A DNA stretch of 52,685 nucleotides, from contig JAITWT010000031.1 in the NCBI GenBank assembly GCA_031285125.1, forward strand, positions 1 through 52,685. The letters run 5' to 3'. Origin of the DNA: Burkholderiaceae bacterium. Lineage in GTDB: Bacteria > Pseudomonadota > Gammaproteobacteria > Burkholderiales > Burkholderiaceae_C. A program made the position numbers and the translations under genes. Positions 47,691 to 52,685 of this stretch are shown in pieces. Numbering within the stretch: the stretch's first letter is position 1; the number at the start of each line of letters is the position of its first letter. The notes below the pieces were generated by a model. That model worked only from the letters and a program-made list of their open reading frames with translations, was not told where the DNA came from and ran no database searches.

Positions 47691-50067
47691 AAGCCAACCG
47701 TACCACCCCCACGGGCTTGAACCCCCAATCGGCGGCTTTGCCTTTGCGTCCGCGCGCGGCGCGCGCATTGTTCAGGCTACGCACTTCGAGCATTTCCACA
47801 CGCGTTTTGCCGCCGCGGCCCACGCCCTGGATGCGCACGCTGCGGGCATAGGCTGCCGCGCCGGCCAGGGCATCGTTGGCATCGAGGGCGATCAGCATCA
47901 GGCCGCGCCCGCCTTTGGGCAGCGTCTTGAGTTCCTCGATGGCGAAACTGAGAATACGTCCGCCCGTGGAGGCGCAGCACACGTGCGTGGCCATCGGCAG
48001 GGGCTCGCCACCGCCCGGGCCGGCATTGGCGCCCCCCACCAGCGAGGGGCGGCACAACTGCTCACCATCGCCGACATCGACAAACGCCTTGCCGCCACGC
48101 AGGCGTGAGCTCATGTTTTCGACGCTGGCGATGAAGCCGAAACCGCGCGTGCCCGACAGGAGCAGCTGCGCCCCCGGCGCGCCGGCGTAGTAATGCACGG
48201 GTTGCGTTCCCGCCTCCAGCTCGATCAGCGACGTGACCGGCTGACCATCGCCGCGCGCACCCGGCAGTTGTGCCACCGGCACGCTGTAGACGCGCACACT
48301 GCGATCCTTGGCGGTGCCGAAGATCAGCAAGGTGTCGACGGTGCGGCATTCGAAGACGCCGTAGAGCGCATCGCCGGACTTGAAACTGTATTGGACCGCC
48401 TCGCTCGACCAGCCTTTTTGCGCGCGCACCCAGCCTTTTTCCGAGACGATGACGGTGACCGGTTCATCGAGCACTCGCATTTCGACGACGGCACGCTTGT
48501 CGGCCTGGATCAGCGTGCGGCGTGCATCGCCGAAAGTTTTGGCATCTTGCTCGATCTCCTTGATGAGCAAACGCCGCAGGGTCGCCGGGCTGCCCAGAAT
48601 TTCTTCGAGCTTTTTCTGCGCCTCGCGCAGCGACTTGAGCTCCTGCTCGATCTTGATGGCTTCAAGCCGCGCCAACTGGCGCAGCCGGATTTCCAGAATG
48701 TCCTCGGCCTGGCGTTCACTGAGTTTGAACCGCGCGATCAACGCGGCCTTGGGCTCCTGCGCGTTGCGGATGATGGCAATCACCTCATCAATGTTGAGCA
48801 GCACCAGTTGCCGCCCTTCGAGGATGTGGATGCGGTCGAGCACCTTGTCGAGCCGGTGGCGCGAGCGCCGCTGCACGGTCTGTTCACGAAAAGCGATCCA
48901 TTCGAGCAAGATCTGCCGCAGCGACTTCTGTACCGGGCGGCCATCGATTCCGACCATCGTCAGATTGACCGGCGCGGAGCTTTCCAGCGCGGTGTGCGCC
49001 AGCAGCGTGGTGACGAATTCATCCTGGGCGATGCGCGAAGTCTTGGGCTCGAAAACCAGGCGCACCGGCGCGTCCTTGCTCGATTCGTCGCGCACGCCAT
49101 CGAGCACCGCAAGCACAGCGGCCTTCAGTTGCACCTGCTCGGCGCTGAGGGCTTTCTTGCCGGCGCGGACCTTGGGGTTGGTGAGCTCCTCGATTTCTTC
49201 GAGCACTTTTTGCGTACTCACGCCCGGCGGTAATTCGTACACGACCACCTGCCACTGACCGCGCGCCAATTCTTCGACCTTCCAGCGCGCGCGCACCTTC
49301 AGCGAGCCGCGCCCGCTGCGGTACACCTCGGCGATGTCGTCGGCGCTGCTGATGATTTGTGCGCCGCCCGGATAGTCGGGGCCGGGAATGAGCGCGGCCA
49401 GTTCTGCATCGTTGATCTTGCCGTTGCTTTTGATGAGCGCCACGCACGCGCCGGCGACCTCGCGCAGGTTATGGCTCGGAATCTCGGTGGCCAGGCCGAC
49501 GGCGATACCGCTGGCGCCGTTGAGCAGATTCAAGGGCAGCCGCGCCGGCAGCAAGCGCGGCTCCTCGGTGGAGCCGTCGTAGTTTGGAATGAAATCGGCC
49601 GTCCCCTCGTCGATCTCGTCAAGCAACAGCGCGGCAATGCGCGCCAGCCGCGTCTCGGTATAGCGCATGGCGGCCGGGCCATCGCCGTCGCGGCTGCCGA
49701 AGTTGCCCTGCCCGTCGATCAGCGGGTAGCGCTGCGCGAAATCCTGCGCCATGCGCACCAGCGCGTCGTAGGCGGCCTGGTCGCCGTGCGGATGAAAGCG
49801 GCCCAGTACGTCGCCGACCACGCGCGCGCTCTTGACCGGCTTGGCCCCCGTCGCACCCTGGGCGCCGCCAAAGCCCAACCCCATGCGCGCCATGGCGTAC
49901 AGGATGCGCCGCTGCACCGGCTTCTGGCCATCGCACACATCGGGCAGCGCGCGGCCCTTGACCACGCTCAGGGCATATTCAAGATAGGCGCGCTGCGCAT
50001 AGTCGGCCAAGGTCAGGCTATCTTCGTTGTCGGGAACAGTCAGCTCAAGCGTCGATTGAGAATCCAT
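47689..50067 (-). CDS. parC: DNA topoisomerase IV subunit A
   Basis: 792 aa with [33 protein letters not shown] and AAMRYTE (catalytic Tyr region). Its size and pairing with the adjacent 660-aa B subunit fit ParC rather than GyrA. Confidence 0.9.
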   Translation of the reverse strand: MDSQSTLELTVPDNEDSLTLADYAQRAYLEYALSVVKGRALPDVCDGQKPVQRRILYAMARMGLGFGGAQGATGAKPVKSARVVGDVLGRFHPHGDQAAYDALVRMAQDFAQRYPLIDGQGNFGSRDGDGPAAMRYTETRLARIAALLLDEIDEGTADFIPNYDGSTEEPRLLPARLPLNLLNGASGIAVGLATEIPSHNLREVAGACVALIKSNGKINDAELAALIPGPDYPGGAQIISSADDIAEVYRSGRGSLKVRARWKVEELARGQWQVVVYELPPGVSTQKVLEEIEELTNPKVRAGKKALSAEQVQLKAAVLAVLDGVRDESSKDAPVRLVFEPKTSRIAQDEFVTTLLAHTALESSAPVNLTMVGIDGRPVQKSLRQILLEWIAFREQTVQRRSRHRLDKVLDRIHILEGRQLVLLNIDEVIAIIRNAQEPKAALIARFKLSERQAEDILEIRLRQLARLEAIKIEQELKSLREAQKKLEEILGSPATLRRLLIKEIEQDAKTFGDARRTLIQADKRAVVEMRVLDEPVTVIVSEKGWVRAQKGWSSEAVQYSFKSGDALYGVFECRTVDTLLIFGTAKDRSVRVYSVPVAQLPGARGDGQPVTSLIELEAGTQPVHYYAGAPGAQLLLSGTRGFGFIASVENMSSRLRGGKAFVDVGDGEQLCRPSLVGGANAGPGGGEPLPMATHVCCASTGGRILSFAIEELKTLPKGGRGLMLIALDANDALAGAAAYARSVRIQGVGRGGKTRVEMLEVRSLNNARAARGRKGKAADWGFKPVGVVRLA

Positions 50068-50304
50068 GAAAAAACCAAACGGGGCTTGATGCAGCGAGGA
50101 TCGCCGCCTCCAGCCCCTTTCCTTGTTTACGCGGCTCGCGCCGCAAAGTTTTGTTGCGCAGAGGTGATGTTGAGCCGCCGATCACCGCGCCCACACAGCA
50201 CCAGAAGCACCAGAGATACCACAGGATAACCGCGCTCACGATCGACCGCAAAATGCCCCCGGGATGCGCCAACAAGCCTCCTCTGGGCTGGCTGAGCAGA
50301 CGCC

Positions 50305-50347
50305 GTGGATTCGTGTGATTCGTGTGATTCGTGTGATTCGTGTGATA
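50305..50347. repeat. 9-bp tandem repeat (GTGATTCGT) about 4.5 copies
   Basis: gtggattcgt gtgattcgt gtgattcgt gtgattcgt gtgata, in the parE-parC spacer. Confidence 0.9.
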
Positions 50348-50365
50348 AGAGACCCAGCGCACCGA

Positions 50366-52348
50366 TCAAATATCCACCTCGACCTCATCCGCGCGCAATT
50401 CCATCAACTCGCGCCGTGCGGCGGCTTCGCCCTTGCCCATGAGTTTGGTCATCTCCCCCTGGGTTTGGCCGAAATCCCAACGGCCCAGCCGCACCTGCAG
50501 CAGACGGCGCGTATCGGGGTTGAGCGTGGTCTCCCACAACTGCTCGGCGCTCATTTCGCCCAGCCCCTTGAAGCGGCTGATGGTCCATGCGCCTTCGCGC
50601 ACACCGTCCTTGCGCAGTTTGTCCAGAATGGCCGCAAGTTCACCTTCATCGAGCGCATAGACCTTGGCGGCCGGTTTCTTGCCGCGCGCGGGCGCATCGA
50701 CACGAAACAGCGGCGGCTTGGCAACGAACACATGTCCGGCCTCGATCAACTTGGGGAAGTGGCGGAAAAACAGGGTCAACAGCAGCACCTGAATGTGCGA
50801 GCCATCGACATCGGCATCGCTGAGGATGCAAATCTTCCCGTAGCGCAGCCCGGAAAGATCGGGCGTATCGCCCGGCCCGTGCGGATCGACGCCCATGGCC
50901 ACCGCAATATCGTGCACCTCGGTGTTGGCGAACAGCCGGTCGCGCTCGACCTCCCAGGTGTTGAGCACCTTGCCGCGCAACGGCAGGATCGCCTGGAGTT
51001 CCTTGTCGCGGCCCATCTTGGCGCTGCCGCCCGCTGAGTCGCCCTCGACCAGGAACACCTCGTTGTGCGCAATGTCGCGGCTCTCGCAATCGGTGAGCTT
51101 GCCCGGCAGCACGGCCACGCCCGAGCCCTTGCGTTTTTCCACCTTCTGCCCGGCGCGCTGGCGCGTTTGCGCGGCCCTGATCGCCAGTTCGGCGAGTTTC
51201 TTGCCGTACTCGACATGCTGATTGAGCCACAACTCCAGCGCCGGACGCACGAAGCCGGACACCAGCCGCACCGCGTCGCGCGAATTCAGCCGCTCCTTGA
51301 TCTGGCCCTGGAATTGCGGATCGAGCACCTTCGCGCTCAACACGTAGGAGGCGCGGCCAAACACATCCTCGGGCATCAGCTTGACGCCCTTGGGCAACAG
51401 CGCGTGCAGATCAACAAAACTCTTGATGGCGCCAAACACACCGTCGCGCAAGCCGCTGTCGTGCGTGCCTCCGGCGCTGGTCGGAATCAGATTGACATAG
51501 CTCTCGCGCACCGTCGCGCCGTCCGCGGTGAACGCCAGGCACCATGCCGCGCCCTCGCCTTCGGCGAAATTGTCGGCGTCGCTGTCGGCATAGCCCGCCC
51601 CCTCGAACAGCGGAACCACCGGATCACCGCCGAGGGTCTGCGTCAGGTAATCGCGCAAACCGCCCTGGTAGCGCCACTGTTGGCGTTCCCCGGTTTTCTC
51701 GTTGGAAAGCGTCACCGCAAGCCCCGGCATCAGCACGGCCTTACTGCGCAGCAGATGCGTCAGCTCGGCCATCGGCAGCGCGGGCGACTCGAAATATTTC
51801 GGATCGGGCCAGGCGCGCACGATCGTGCCCTGCTTGCGCGAACCGGCTTCGGCCTTCGAGACCTGCAGCTTCTCGGCCACATCGCCATCCGCAAAGACGA
51901 TCCGCGCCACCTTCCCCGCGCGCAATGACTGCACCTCCAGCCGCCGCGACAGCGCATTGGTCACGCTCACGCCCACGCCGTGCAGACCGCCCGCGAAGTT
52001 GTAGGCCCCGCCCGCGCCTTTGTCGAACTTGCCCCCCGCGTGCAGCCGCGTGTACACCAGCTCGATCACGGGCGCTTTCTCCTCGGGGTGCATCCCGAAC
52101 GGAATGCCGCGGCCATCGTCGGCCACGCTCACCGAACCATCGGCGTGCAGCGTCACCTCGATCTTCTGGGCAAAACCCGCCAGCGCCTCGTCGGCCGCGT
52201 TATCGATGGCCTCCTGAATAATGTGCAACGGGTTGTCGGTGCGGGTGTACATCCCCGGGCGCTGCTTGACCGGCTCCAGCCCCTTGAGGACGCGGATCGA
52301 CGCTTCCTCATAAATACTTGCTTGATTGCTTGCTTGTTTGATTGCCAT
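50366..52348 (-). CDS. parE: DNA topoisomerase IV subunit B
   Basis: 660 aa with LEPVKQRPGMYT, GLHGVG, and the Toprim motifs EVFLVEGDSAGGSAK and LSDADVDGSHI. The length fits ParE rather than GyrB. Confidence 0.9.
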   Translation of the reverse strand: MAIKQASNQASIYEEASIRVLKGLEPVKQRPGMYTRTDNPLHIIQEAIDNAADEALAGFAQKIEVTLHADGSVSVADDGRGIPFGMHPEEKAPVIELVYTRLHAGGKFDKGAGGAYNFAGGLHGVGVSVTNALSRRLEVQSLRAGKVARIVFADGDVAEKLQVSKAEAGSRKQGTIVRAWPDPKYFESPALPMAELTHLLRSKAVLMPGLAVTLSNEKTGERQQWRYQGGLRDYLTQTLGGDPVVPLFEGAGYADSDADNFAEGEGAAWCLAFTADGATVRESYVNLIPTSAGGTHDSGLRDGVFGAIKSFVDLHALLPKGVKLMPEDVFGRASYVLSAKVLDPQFQGQIKERLNSRDAVRLVSGFVRPALELWLNQHVEYGKKLAELAIRAAQTRQRAGQKVEKRKGSGVAVLPGKLTDCESRDIAHNEVFLVEGDSAGGSAKMGRDKELQAILPLRGKVLNTWEVERDRLFANTEVHDIAVAMGVDPHGPGDTPDLSGLRYGKICILSDADVDGSHIQVLLLTLFFRHFPKLIEAGHVFVAKPPLFRVDAPARGKKPAAKVYALDEGELAAILDKLRKDGVREGAWTISRFKGLGEMSAEQLWETTLNPDTRRLLQVRLGRWDFGQTQGEMTKLMGKGEAAARRELMELRADEVEVDI

Positions 52349-52401
52349 CGGGGAATTTTAAAAAACGCAAGATCCCCGTCATCGCGGCCCCCTCAAACCT
52401 T

Positions 52402-52564
52402 GGGAACCTCTGAACAACTCCCCGCGAGTGGACGCGCCCGGATTCGGGATGGGCTGCGAGGCGCAAAGCACAGCGATACCGGGCGGTATCGCGAGCATTT
52501 GCAACGAAGCAGACCGCCCGAATCCGGGATGCGACCGCCGCGTCGGAGTTGTTCAGAGCTTCCC
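52402..52564. repeat. 163-nt long-hairpin palindromic element
   Basis: The outer arms are GGGAACCTCTGAACAACTCC (52402-52421) and GGAGTTGTTCAGAGCTTCCC (52545-52564). The nested arms are CCCGGATTCGGG/CCCGAATCCGGG. The central hairpin is GCGATACC-GGGC-GGTATCGC (52473-52492). Confidence 0.8.
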
Positions 52565-52685
52565 TTAGAACCTGTTTACGATCTCAAATGGCTCACGTTG
52601 GGCCGCAATCGGGATGAGTGGGTGGCCCATGGCGCGCCGCATGGGCTGGTGCCCATGCAAGCGACTGGGCCGCCCAATCGCCCGA
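52564..52685 (+). repeat. Further copy of the AGAACCTGTTTACGATC-type element, truncated by the window end
   Basis: CTTAGAACCTGTTTACGATCTCAAATGGCTCAC matches the left end of the 34199 element at most of the first 30-odd nt. An internal CCCATGG/CCATGGG-type palindrome follows. Confidence 0.7.

Noticed and set aside
50305-50347. CRISPR-like array
   Set aside because: The units are 9 bp and directly abutting with no spacers, so this is a simple VNTR. No cas genes are present.
45934-52221. Plus-strand ORFs (406, 346, 292, 290, 257, 287 and 225 aa) antisense to lepA, parC and parE
   Set aside because: All are shadows of strongly supported minus-strand genes and have an Arg/His/Gly/Ala-rich composition.

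Overview
High-GC chromosomal segment (hand spot counts about 60% G+C or more per 60-nt line) with a gene order typical of a Burkholderiales-type betaproteobacterium. The plus-strand genes are rpsO-pnp, a quinone oxidoreductase, tpiA-secG-tRNA-Leu(GAG)-nuoABCDEFGHIJKLMN, a NUDIX hydrolase, DUF1178 and an RsmB/NOP-type RNA methyltransferase. These are followed by rpmB-rpmG (minus), a Nif3-like gene, pdxA, hydroxypyruvate isomerase (minus) and mltA (minus). After an island come galU (minus), prlC, lysS and a SAM methyltransferase. The window ends with the long minus-strand housekeeping run parE-parC and lepA-lepB-rnc-era-recO-pdxJ-acpS-nagZ, in which several junctions overlap (GTGA, ATGA). The only clearly accessory stretch is about 28.6-33.3 kb, between mltA and galU. 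It holds a 5'-truncated C-terminal stub of a large DNA-methylase-like gene and a sharply AT-richer two-gene cassette. That cassette encodes a 145-aa HEPN-like protein and a 917-aa protein carrying two separate P-loop modules (a ParA/MinD-type module with a KGGVGRTT Walker A, and a second GAKGAGKT NTPase). A GC-rich HNH(HNH_2-type) endonuclease follows. I regard the cassette as the best candidate for an uncharacterised defence/conflict system. The window also contains a dispersed REP/MITE-like repeat family (core AGAACCTGTTTACGATC, at least 5 copies) and large palindromic elements. A 25-nt direct repeat marks the methylase truncation point and recurs 10.3 kb downstream. There are several tandem duplications that include translation start sites, and a 9-bp VNTR between parE and parC. 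I saw no rRNA, CRISPR array, integrase or transposase. All protein calls rest on reading the translated ORFs for family motifs; no searches were run.
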